Below are positions 8,476-16,600 of a stretch of DNA of 28,000 nt, piece after piece. Each line of letters starts with the position of its first letter. The first letter of the stretch is position 1. The stretch covers positions 1 through 28,000 of the IMG/VR virus record IMGVR_UViG_3300012936_005033, one strand, 5' to 3'. Source of the DNA: a virus. Taxonomy: Duplodnaviria > Caudoviricetes. The notes below the pieces were generated by a model, which saw only the letters and a program-made list of their open reading frames with translations, was not told where the DNA came from and made no database searches. The position numbers and the translations under genes were made by a program.

Positions 8476-8891
8476 ATTTTATAGTCTCTGGAACGCCTGT
8501 TGGTAAGGGCAGGCCACGTTTTACAAAAACTGGTGTTCCGTATACTCCCAAAGAAACAAAAGATTATGAAGCAAGGATAAAGAATTCTGCTTGGGTTGCT
8601 ATGAAGAAGCAACGCCTTGGCGTATCTAAAAAAAGATGCAGCGTCATTATAAGTGCTGTTTTTCCAATTCCTAAATCTTATTCTAAAAAGAAAGTGCTTC
8701 ACTGTCAGGCAGGTAATATTGTACCTCCGCGTCCTGATATTGATAATATTGTTAAAGCTGCACTGGATGGGTGTAATTCAATTGTATATGACGATGATAA
8801 ACAAGTATGGCATATTGCTGCATTTAAAAAATATACCGACATTGACGAAACGCCTCATTTAAATGTTAAAGTTCAGTGGGATGCGACATGA
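8460..8891 (+). CDS. rusA: Holliday junction resolvase, RusA family
   Basis: GTPVGKGRPRF...YTPKETKDYE; RPDIDNIVKAALDGCNSIVYDDDKQV. Confidence 0.9.
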   Translation: MLHTVNFIVSGTPVGKGRPRFTKTGVPYTPKETKDYEARIKNSAWVAMKKQRLGVSKKRCSVIISAVFPIPKSYSKKKVLHCQAGNIVPPRPDIDNIVKAALDGCNSIVYDDDKQVWHIAAFKKYTDIDETPHLNVKVQWDAT

Positions 8892-9589
8892 ATGAACCAG
8901 TATTTATTTTTGATATGGATGGTACCTTAACACCAAGTAAACAAATTATTGATAAAGATTTTTACGAATTTTTTTTCTCGTTTTGCGAGTCACATTCTGT
9001 ATCTATTGTAAGTGGTGCAGATTATAAGCAAATTGTTAAACAGTTAGGCGGAGAAATACTGAGTGAGTGCGAAGCAGTTTTTCCTTGTTCTGGAAACGAA
9101 GAGCGATTTTTAGGTGAGGTTTTAGCATCAAAGCCTTGGGTACCAAGCGAGAGATTAATTACGCACCTAGCTGCGCTTTGTGATGCGTCTGCATATCCCA
9201 TTAAATTGGGAAATCATATTGAACTAAGAATGGGAATGTTAAATTTTAGTATTGTTGGTAGACCTGCTTCATTAGAAGATAGAAATATGTATAAAACTTG
9301 GGACAGAGAATACAAAGAAAGAGCTGCTTGTGCGGCGTACGTGAATACCAAATTTGGTGGTTTAAATGCTGTTGTTGCAGGGGAAACTGGAATAGATATT
9401 TTCCCAAAAGGAAAAGATAAAAGTCAAATTATAAAAAATAAATACTATAGAGATAGACAAACAATTTTTTTTGGCGATAGTATTTTTCCAAATGGTAATG
9501 ATTACACCATTGCTTTGGCTTGTCATAAATACCATTGTGTAAGAAACTGGAAAGATACTCAATCTATACTTGCTGCAGAGTATTTATAA
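8888..9589 (+). CDS. Eukaryote-type phosphomannomutase (HAD subfamily IIB)
   Basis: FDMDGTLTP; VSGAD; HIELRMGMLNFSIVGR; GETGIDIFPKGKDK; FFGD...GNDY, all matching PMM/Sec53 motifs. Confidence 0.85.
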   Translation: MNEPVFIFDMDGTLTPSKQIIDKDFYEFFFSFCESHSVSIVSGADYKQIVKQLGGEILSECEAVFPCSGNEERFLGEVLASKPWVPSERLITHLAALCDASAYPIKLGNHIELRMGMLNFSIVGRPASLEDRNMYKTWDREYKERAACAAYVNTKFGGLNAVVAGETGIDIFPKGKDKSQIIKNKYYRDRQTIFFGDSIFPNGNDYTIALACHKYHCVRNWKDTQSILAAEYL

Positions 9590-9885
9590 TCTTTTCCGTA
9601 CAACCTTTCCCATTCGAGTGGTTGTTTATGAATGGCAACTTTTGATTGATCCCATAAACCTTGATGATGCCCATCGCAAAGTGGAATAGCTGTATCATCA
9701 GATCGCTTTCTTGCACTATATCTATCGTGAATTGGATGATGTGCTGTTGTTGCAGATAATTGCGGTTCGTTAAATTTACGACAAATACAACATGGCATTG
9801 ATCGTATTTTATCTAAATATTTTGGATTTTTTTTGGGTTTACTTTTTTTTAAACCAATCGGAGGTTTATTGGCCAAATTAGTCAT
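9559..9885 (-). CDS. DUF968/Ref-like HNH-type zinc-binding nuclease
   Basis: KYLDKIRSMPCCIC...AHH...DDTAIPLCDGHH. Confidence 0.75.
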   Translation of the reverse strand: MTNLANKPPIGLKKSKPKKNPKYLDKIRSMPCCICRKFNEPQLSATTAHHPIHDRYSARKRSDDTAIPLCDGHHQGLWDQSKVAIHKQPLEWERLYGKDYKYSAASID

Positions 9886-10295
9886 AACATTTCCGAAACA
9901 GGATCGTAACCAATAGTGGTTGTAAGCTTTTCCATGGCTTGCTCAAAAAAATCGTTAAACTCTTTTTGATCCATTTTACTAAATGCTATACTGTCTGGAA
10001 CGTAATATACACCACCATTTGCCTTATTAACAACTGTTCTGTAATAACCACAAAGCATTTTTAAATCGTCGTGCAAATGTGCAGATGTTGCCCACCTTTG
10101 TGTTGCTTTTACGACGTTATTTAAAATAGACCAATACAGCTTATGGTGTTGGGGCGATCGCTCACTTACAGCTTGAATATTGAACAATTGATTATTTTTA
10201 TAAACCTCTAGCATTTCTGCGTCATATCGCGTGACAGGGTGCAAGACCCCATCACGCTTTATAACTTGTAAAGTTGGTCTAGAACGGGATTTCAT
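9882..10295 (-). CDS. DUF1367/NinB-like recombination-associated protein
   Basis: RSPQHHKLYWSIL...LKMLCGY...PDSIAFSKMDQKEFNDFF; start approximate. Confidence 0.7.
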   Translation of the reverse strand: MKSRSRPTLQVIKRDGVLHPVTRYDAEMLEVYKNNQLFNIQAVSERSPQHHKLYWSILNNVVKATQRWATSAHLHDDLKMLCGYYRTVVNKANGGVYYVPDSIAFSKMDQKEFNDFFEQAMEKLTTTIGYDPVSEML

Positions 10296-10650
10296 CATCC
10301 AAGCCATCCAGTTCCGTGTTTTCGTCAACATCAGTTGATTGGTCAGTGTCCAGAGAGGTTCTATTCCGCCCACCAAGCAATTCAAGCTGCTCAACATTAC
10401 AAGTTATTCTTGTATTACCATTATATTCATCGGTGCCAAAATCACCAGATATAAAAACTTTTGTTCCCTTCTTTAAATATTGCGCAATACTTGTTTGTTG
10501 TCCCCATAAACTACAATCAATATACGCAGTTGTTTTTTTTCTTCTATCGTTTACAGCAACAGAAAAATTAACCACATCGTGACCACTGTTGGTTTGCCTT
10601 ACATCAGAACAATCTTTTGTAAGATTACCAATAAACATATGGATATGCAT
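10279..10650 (-). CDS. ssb: Single-stranded DNA-binding protein
   Basis: IGNLTKD, NFSVAVN, YLKKGTKV, acidic C-terminus ending DDEIPF. Confidence 0.93.
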   Translation of the reverse strand: MHIHMFIGNLTKDCSDVRQTNSGHDVVNFSVAVNDRRKKTTAYIDCSLWGQQTSIAQYLKKGTKVFISGDFGTDEYNGNTRITCNVEQLELLGGRNRTSLDTDQSTDVDENTELDGLDDEIPF

Positions 10651-11276
10651 TAATTAATCTCCAGTTCTGCTTCTCTACTTTGCCACTGTACTTCTAATTC
10701 TGCTGATCTTTCTTCATTAAATGTTTTTATATTGTCGATAATATTTTGTGCTTCTTTACCAAATTTTAAGAGTGCATCTGCATCCATTGTTGGTAACATT
10801 CTTTCTAATTTAATTGCACGTTCTAAGACACTTGCTTGTTTTGGTGTAATTGATTTTTCTTTTAAATCTTTTTTAATTTGCATTCTATCTTCACCGACAG
10901 CTTTATTACCATCATCATCTTGTACTGGTACTCCTGTCAATGATGCCAAACCATATCGTCTTGCATATGTAATTGCACCACCAAGTGACTGCATATCAGA
11001 TTTTTTGTATTCCAGATAAACAGTACTCGTAAACGAGTGACCAGATGTATGTACTGCACTTGTCTTGACAAATTTTCCATGTTCGTCAGCACCACATTCT
11101 TGAATAATTGCAAAACCTTTTGATGCAAATGCAGGTATAACGGCATCTTGTATTGCAGATAAATCTGCGTACGCGTTATTTAAAAAGGCATTTTTTTGAT
11201 TTTTAATTGCTTTTCCCATATTTGCTTGGGCTTCAACAAATGCTGTGATTGCGTCTGTATTTTTTACTTCATTCAT
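10650..11276 (-). CDS. erf: ERF-family single-strand annealing protein
   Basis: YADL, HTSG, QSLGGAITYARRYGLASLTGV...DDDGN. Confidence 0.92.
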   Translation of the reverse strand: MNEVKNTDAITAFVEAQANMGKAIKNQKNAFLNNAYADLSAIQDAVIPAFASKGFAIIQECGADEHGKFVKTSAVHTSGHSFTSTVYLEYKKSDMQSLGGAITYARRYGLASLTGVPVQDDDGNKAVGEDRMQIKKDLKEKSITPKQASVLERAIKLERMLPTMDADALLKFGKEAQNIIDNIKTFNEERSAELEVQWQSREAELEIN

Positions 11277-11759
11277 TTACTTCATCCTTATACTTATAGT
11301 TGTGTTACCAGATACCAATTCGGCTCCATCAATCTGTACACCTGCTTGTAATTGTTTTTTGATTTCTATTTTATCGGGTATGATGTTTACCTTACAAAGT
11401 TGTGACGGAATTTTATTCTCGTCAGTTATATTCAGTATTTCACCTCCTTTTCTAAGCGATACAGTAGCTATCGCATGTGGTATTTTTTTCTGATTGGTCA
11501 TTAAAAGAATTTTATGAAGTGTTTCTTTTAATGCATCTTTACGTTGTTTTAATCCATTACGTCTTAGATTGTACCGATCAATCAAAGAATTCATTGCTTC
11601 TATTTGACATTCAGTTTCGTTTACTTTTTCTAAAACAGTACCAACAAAATCAAGAACATCTGTTTCTCCATCAAGAGTATCCCAGAATGTTTCTAAATCA
11701 TCAGCGTAATCTGCTAATTCTTCGGAAACCATTGTAACAAGTCCACTATCAATCTGCAT
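11277..11759 (-). CDS. Siphovirus Gp157-family protein
   Basis: DTLDGE, long coiled coil, IP...PDKIEIKKQLQAGVQIDGAEL...ISIR. Confidence 0.85.
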   Translation of the reverse strand: MQIDSGLVTMVSEELADYADDLETFWDTLDGETDVLDFVGTVLEKVNETECQIEAMNSLIDRYNLRRNGLKQRKDALKETLHKILLMTNQKKIPHAIATVSLRKGGEILNITDENKIPSQLCKVNIIPDKIEIKKQLQAGVQIDGAELVSGNTTISIRMK

Positions 11760-11991
11760 TTTCTTTTTCCTTAATAAGGGTTAATGCAGCAGAAAACTTA
11801 CTTCTATCAAATGCCTTTTCTATTGCCTCATCAAGCATTTGCAAACATCTTGGTGGATATGCCATTCGTTTGTATTCATCGTATGAAATTTTATCATCTT
11901 CCATATCTTGAAGAAGTTTACTGTTGTGATCATGAATTGCTGAACAGATTTCTAATTTAACGTCTAAAGCTGATACGTATTTTGTAATCAT
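11749..11991 (-). CDS. Hypothetical protein
   Basis: 80 aa, first gene behind cassette copy 4. Confidence 0.7.
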   Translation of the reverse strand: MITKYVSALDVKLEICSAIHDHNSKLLQDMEDDKISYDEYKRMAYPPRCLQMLDEAIEKAFDRSKFSAALTLIKEKENAD

Positions 11992-11994
11992 TTT

Positions 11995-12063
11995 GAACCT
12001 CTTTAAATAAATGATAGTAAGATACTAATTTTAAAGGATTTATTTGTCAACCAAATATTTACA
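11995..12063 (-). promoter_or_regulatory. Conserved promoter/RBS cassette, copy 4
   Basis: Minus strand TGTAAATATTTGG-TTGACA-N17-TAGTAT ... GAGGTTC-AAA-ATG. Confidence 0.8.
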
Positions 12064-12106
12064 AAAACTTTTGGTGACTTTATCAATATAATTATTTAAA
12101 AGAAAA

Positions 12107-12166
12107 AAGGTCATACAGAAACTATCAAAACTGTATGACCTTATGCGTCACTTAAGGGCTTAAGTG
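12107..12166. repeat. Two hairpins in the leader of the replication gene
   Basis: AAGGTCATACAG-N12-CTGTATGACCTT (12107-12142) and CACTTAAG-GG-CTTAAGTG (12149-12166). Confidence 0.75.
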
Positions 12167-12212
12167 TGCCCTTCACATATCAATATTTTTGATTTTTGTA
12201 AAGGAGAAATCA

Positions 12213-12914
12213 ATGTCACATTATATGACTGCACTGGCAATGAAACAGAAGGGAATTAAACCTTCTGCTAAAATTGTTCTGTACTGGCTTGCCGATCATT
12301 ACAATGGCGAAAGTGGTGAATGTTTTCCCAGCCATAAACGTTTGGCTGAATGTTGTGAAATGACAAGGCAGAGTATAATTAATCAATTAAAAATTTTAGA
12401 AGAAGCTGGTTTAATAGAAATTAAACCAAGATTTAGAGATAATGGTTCGCATACATCTAATACATACGAATTGTTACTTGTTGATAACGAAAAAGAAGAA
12501 GAGGTAGTCAAAAATTTTGACATACCTAGTCAAAAAAATAAACAAGGGCTTATAAAAGATTTTAACACCCTTAACCTTGTAAATAATAACCAAGTAATTG
12601 AACCAGATAATATAAGGGTTATTTTATTTTTTGATGAGGTTTGGGAAAGGTATCCAAGAAAAGTTGGCAAGGGTGCAGCTAAAAAAGCATGGGTTAAAGC
12701 ATGTTCAAAAATAAATGATTTAGCACTTCGCGATGCTGTTTTTGAATATATTGAGGCTGTCAATGGAAAAACGAAAAAGTTTATTCCACATCTTGCAACA
12801 TGGTTAAATCAAGAAAGATGGGATGACGAAATAGAAAATATAGAACCAGAAAAAACATCTGATTTTCTAAAAAATCTGTTCAAATCAAAAACCTTAGGAA
12901 TTGAAAAACAATGA
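12213..12914 (+). CDS. Replication initiator (N-terminal HTH_36-like domain)
   Basis: AKIVLYWLADH...CFPSHKRLAECCEMTRQSIINQLKILEEAGLI...SNTY; WERYPRKVGK...A-x-KAW; ATWLNQERWDDE; AAGGAG RBS. Confidence 0.85.
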   Translation: MSHYMTALAMKQKGIKPSAKIVLYWLADHYNGESGECFPSHKRLAECCEMTRQSIINQLKILEEAGLIEIKPRFRDNGSHTSNTYELLLVDNEKEEEVVKNFDIPSQKNKQGLIKDFNTLNLVNNNQVIEPDNIRVILFFDEVWERYPRKVGKGAAKKAWVKACSKINDLALRDAVFEYIEAVNGKTKKFIPHLATWLNQERWDDEIENIEPEKTSDFLKNLFKSKTLGIEKQ

Positions 12915-13402
12915 ATTACGAGCAACGAAAAAGACAAATATCTGCATGGTTGATGCAAACATTAAAACGCTATGAGGTACCACCACATATGGACGAAGAT
13001 GCTTGTAGAGAAGAAATGGTTTTAATGGTAGAAGATATTAATAGCGAAATACCAAAATTAAATGAGTCAGGTATGAAGTATCTTTTAGAAAAAGTAGCAC
13101 AGTATGTAAGAAAAAACCAATCATCAAGAAAATGGCCGACAATAAATATTTTCACAAAAGGTGTCAAAGAATATCGTGATAAAATGGATGATGATTTGGT
13201 TATTCAAGAAGCTCCAAAAGACTTTGATCCTTCTTTAATCAATGCAAAAAGAATTAAAAATTTAGAAAGTGTTGGCGAATGGTGGATAGTTGGCGGTGGT
13301 GCGCAAAAATTATTACAACAAAATTTAATTACAGAAGATGATTTAAAACCTTACATGAATTTTCTTGCATCACGAAAGAAATCTAGTAATATGGGGGAAT
13401 AA
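12911..13402 (+). CDS. Hypothetical protein coupled to the initiator
   Basis: ATGA overlap; occupies the usual position of a helicase loader, but no Walker A motif. Confidence 0.7.
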   Translation: MNYEQRKRQISAWLMQTLKRYEVPPHMDEDACREEMVLMVEDINSEIPKLNESGMKYLLEKVAQYVRKNQSSRKWPTINIFTKGVKEYRDKMDDDLVIQEAPKDFDPSLINAKRIKNLESVGEWWIVGGGAQKLLQQNLITEDDLKPYMNFLASRKKSSNMGE

Positions 13403-13453
13403 TCAAGGGTCAGCGATTGGCGTCATTACCACTTGGTTTGCCTCAACTTTATG

Positions 13454-13478
13454 CCCCCTTTTTTAGGGGGTTTTTTTT
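13454..13478 (+). terminator. Rho-independent terminator
   Basis: CCCCCT-TTTTT-AGGGGG followed by T8. Confidence 0.8.
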
Positions 13479-13519
13479 ATGAAAAATGTATTTATAATAA
13501 TTACAAAAAGGAAAGCGTA

Positions 13520-14173
13520 ATGAAGTCTTGGCCTGCTACGGCTACTAAATTAGTAGAAATAAAAAAACTTATACCATACGCAAGAAATAGTAGAACTCAT
13601 AGTGAAGAACAGGTTTCACAAATAGCTGCTAGTATTCAAGAGTGGGGATTTACAGTCCCGATATTAATTGACGAAGAAAATACATTGATAGCAGGTCATG
13701 GTAGATTATTGGCTGCACAAAAATTAGAGCTTGAAAAAATTCCTGTTATGATTGCAAAAAATTGGTCAGATGCACAAAAACGTGCATATGTAATTGCAGA
13801 TAATAAATTAGCATTAAATGCAGAATGGGATGAAGAACTATTAAAAGTAGAAATAAAACAGTTAGAGTTTGATAAGTTTGATATTTCAAAAATGGGTTTC
13901 GAATTAGACGAATTAACAGATTTATTTTTAGATAAAGATTTTGGTGACACAGATGCATTTGATGAATGGCAAGATATGCCAGAATACGATAACGAAAATT
14001 TAGATTATTTTAGAACCATTAAAATTCATTTTGACAACCAAGAAGATGTTGACCTTTTTGCAGAAAAAACTGGTTTACCACTTACAGAAGCAACACGTTT
14101 TATACGGTTTCCAGAACCAGCAAAAACAGATTTAGATGCATACAGGGTTCACGGAGACGAAAGTGAAACCTGA
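13520..14173 (+). CDS. ParB/Srx N-terminal domain protein with acidic C-terminal module
   Basis: LIPYARNSRTH...QIAASIQEWGFTVPILID...IAGHGRLLAA...RAYVIADNKLALNAEWD; no methyltransferase motifs. Confidence 0.88.
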   Translation: MKSWPATATKLVEIKKLIPYARNSRTHSEEQVSQIAASIQEWGFTVPILIDEENTLIAGHGRLLAAQKLELEKIPVMIAKNWSDAQKRAYVIADNKLALNAEWDEELLKVEIKQLEFDKFDISKMGFELDELTDLFLDKDFGDTDAFDEWQDMPEYDNENLDYFRTIKIHFDNQEDVDLFAEKTGLPLTEATRFIRFPEPAKTDLDAYRVHGDESET

Positions 14174-15077
14174 GTTTCCTCTTTATATTCCCAGCAAAGG
14201 TCGTGCTGAATATATGATGACATCTAAAGCACTTACATCAATGAAAGTACCTCATTATTTAATCGTAGAAAGCGATCAAATTGATGAATATGCCAAAGCA
14301 ATTAAACATTGGGATTTACTTACGACAATTATTGAGCTGGATTTATCTTTTAAAGAAAAATACGAACTTTGTGATGATTTAGGACTAAGCAAAAGTACTG
14401 GACCGGGACCTGCCAGAAATTTTGCATGGGAACATTCTAAAAGCGATGGATATGCATGGCATTGGGTTATGGATGATAACATCAAACATTTTCACCGTTT
14501 CAATAAAAATTTACAAGTAAAGGTAACCGACGGAACTTGTTTTAAAGTTATGGAAGATTTTGTTCAGCGATATACAAATATTGGCATGGCAGGTCCAAAT
14601 TATATGATGTTTGCTCCACGAAAAACACGATTACCACCTTTTGTGCTTAATACAAGAATTTACAGTTGCAACCTTATACGAAACGAACTGAGATATAGAT
14701 GGAGGGGAAGATATAACGAAGATACAATTCTTTCTTTAGATATTTTAAAGGCAGGTTGGTGTACGACACAGTTTAATGTATTTCTCCAAGAAAAAACAAA
14801 TACACAAACAATGAAGGGAGGCAATACAGAAGAATTTTACCATAAAGAAGGAAATGTACTTGAAGGGGAAAGATATGCCGATACTGGTACATTAGAAAAA
14901 TCTAAAATGCAGGTCAAAGTTCACCCTGATTGTTCAAGGTTGGTTAAAAAATATGGCAGATGGCATCATCACGTAGATTACAATAGATTTAAAAAACAAA
15001 AACTAATTCGCAGAAGCGATATTGATTGGACAGGTCAAGTTAAAGATTATGGCATGAAAATGGTAAAAGTTAGATGA
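14163..15077 (+). CDS. TET-associated/GREB1-like glycosyltransferase (GT-A fold), putative DNA base modification
   Basis: PLYIPSKGRA; GPGPARNFAWEHS; HWVMDDNI; NTRIYSCNLI; WRGRYNEDTILSL; TQTMKGGNT; GRWHHHVDY; GTG start with GGAG. Confidence 0.8.
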   Translation: MKPEFPLYIPSKGRAEYMMTSKALTSMKVPHYLIVESDQIDEYAKAIKHWDLLTTIIELDLSFKEKYELCDDLGLSKSTGPGPARNFAWEHSKSDGYAWHWVMDDNIKHFHRFNKNLQVKVTDGTCFKVMEDFVQRYTNIGMAGPNYMMFAPRKTRLPPFVLNTRIYSCNLIRNELRYRWRGRYNEDTILSLDILKAGWCTTQFNVFLQEKTNTQTMKGGNTEEFYHKEGNVLEGERYADTGTLEKSKMQVKVHPDCSRLVKKYGRWHHHVDYNRFKKQKLIRRSDIDWTGQVKDYGMKMVKVR

Positions 15078-15529
15078 AAGTAGGATTTACAGCATCAACA
15101 TTTGATTTGCTACACGCAGGTCATGTTGCAATGCTTTCCGAAGCAAAAAATGTTTGTGATTTTTTGTTAGTTGGATTGCATGTAAATCCACACGAAGAGC
15201 GCAAAGAAAAAAATGAGCCAATACAAACATTGGTAGAAAGATACACACAATTAAAGGCAATCTCGTATGTTGATGAAATAATACCTTATCAAAAAGAAAA
15301 CGATTTGCTTGATATTCTAAAATTATATCCAATTCAGATAAGAATTATTGGCGAAGAATATCGTGATAAAGATTTTACTGGTAAAAATTTAGATATTGAA
15401 ATCTACTACAATAAAAGAAGGCACGATTTTAGTTCGAGCCTTCTTAGAAAACGAGTAGTGGTAACCGAGCTTGAAAAAAGCGAATCACCAAAGCTGGGTG
15501 GCTCAAAGATTAGTAATATGAGCCGCTGA
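15074..15529 (+). CDS. Cytidylyltransferase, TagD (glycerol-3-phosphate cytidylyltransferase)-like
   Basis: FDLLHAGH (HxGH), ER...L...YVDEIIPY, RRHDFSSSLLR. Confidence 0.88.
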   Translation: MKVGFTASTFDLLHAGHVAMLSEAKNVCDFLLVGLHVNPHEERKEKNEPIQTLVERYTQLKAISYVDEIIPYQKENDLLDILKLYPIQIRIIGEEYRDKDFTGKNLDIEIYYNKRRHDFSSSLLRKRVVVTELEKSESPKLGGSKISNMSR

Positions 15530-15712
15530 TCCAAGTTCATTGACCGCATAGACCATTGTTCTTTTATCATCGTATGGTCTGGCAAAATCAACTACCTCAA
15601 AAAAGGTTTTGAATTCTTTGCGGATACGGTTTGCCCCCTTTCCCCGTACCGCCACAAAGTGTGTTCTGTTTTCGTAAACCTGTTTCTCGTAATCAGTAGC
15701 AAAATTAAACAT
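15503..15712 (-). CDS. Hypothetical protein (antisense island 1)
   Basis: MFNFATDYEKQ...; GGGGAG RBS; TAATG coupling to the upstream gene. Confidence 0.65.
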   Translation of the reverse strand: MFNFATDYEKQVYENRTHFVAVRGKGANRIRKEFKTFFEVVDFARPYDDKRTMVYAVNELGSAAHITNL

Positions 15713-16026
15713 TAGTAAGTCTCCCCAGTAAAAATATTTATAGGATTTTCCCAACTGTAGAAAGCTTCTCTTACTGCAGCCTTTTCTGCCTCGATCTGTG
15801 CTGGTGTTCTGTTTGCTTGTGCCTTCTTGTATTCTTCAATAAATTGAGCTGTTTCGATGTCTCTTGTATTATCTGCATATTCTTTTTGTTCTGCAGTAAT
15901 AAAACCATTTTCAAAGAATTGCTCTACAATATCTTTTGGTGGAACGCTGTTGTTGCTGATCCATCTAATAACATCACCGTCAAAGTAAGTATTTGTTTCG
16001 AATTTTTCTTGAGTATTGTAAGTCAT
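15712..16026 (-). CDS. Hypothetical protein (antisense island 1)
   Basis: 104 aa, VIRWISNNSVPP...NIFTGETY; directly behind cassette copy 5. Confidence 0.75.
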   Translation of the reverse strand: MTYNTQEKFETNTYFDGDVIRWISNNSVPPKDIVEQFFENGFITAEQKEYADNTRDIETAQFIEEYKKAQANRTPAQIEAEKAAVREAFYSWENPINIFTGETY

Positions 16027-16029
16027 TTT

Positions 16030-16095
16030 GAACCTCTTTTTGTTTATATATACAAACTATCAAATGGCATATATATTGTCAATACAATATTTACA
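16030..16095 (-). promoter_or_regulatory. Conserved promoter/RBS cassette, copy 5
   Basis: Minus strand TGTAAATATTGTATTGACA-N17-TAGTTT ... GAGGTTC-AAA-ATG. Confidence 0.85.
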
Positions 16096-16177
16096 AATAA
16101 TTACAAAAAAATACAACTCTTTGACCATTCAGAATTTATGTATTAAATATACATACACACAAGATATGGTGGAAAGC

Positions 16178-16600
16178 ATGAATGACAGTATAGATGTTGA
16201 TACTGAAGAAAAAAAACGAGGCCCGAAAGGACCATCTAAAGCCTTGAATGATAAAGATTTTATGCAGCTTCTTAATATGATCCGTATACAATGCACACAG
16301 ACAGAATGTTGTAATGTTCTCGGTATGTCAGATACAACTTTGAACAGAAGATTAAAGGAACGTGGGTACGAAAATTTTGAAGACCTCTATAAAAAGCACA
16401 ACGATGAGGGCAAAATGTCATTGAGACGGATGCAATGGCAAGCAGCAGAAAATGGAAATGCAACCATGCTAGTTTGGCTTGGTAAACAGTATTTGAGTCA
16501 ACGTGACAGATTAGATGCTGAACTTACTGGTAAGGATGGTGGCGCAATTGTAACAAAAATTGAGCGTGTAATTGTCGACCCTTCAAATACAAACACCTAG
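16178..16600 (+). CDS. terS: Terminase small subunit (putative)
   Basis: HTH (CTQTECCNVLGMSDTTL), SLRRMQWQAAENGNATMLVWLGKQYLSQRD, ELTGKDGG; immediately upstream of TerL. Confidence 0.8.
   Translation: MNDSIDVDTEEKKRGPKGPSKALNDKDFMQLLNMIRIQCTQTECCNVLGMSDTTLNRRLKERGYENFEDLYKKHNDEGKMSLRRMQWQAAENGNATMLVWLGKQYLSQRDRLDAELTGKDGGAIVTKIERVIVDPSNTNT

Noticed and set aside
13520-14173. ParB as a plasmid-prophage partition system or ParB-methyltransferase
   Set aside because: No ParA, no HTH, and no DPPY or FxGxG motifs; the context is the terminase-adjacent ParB-N type
16028-16177. Long N-terminal extensions in the ORF track (terS from 16028; similarly ParB-N from 13433 and holin from 1402)
   Set aside because: They run through promoter, terminator or upstream-gene sequence; downstream ATGs have RBSs
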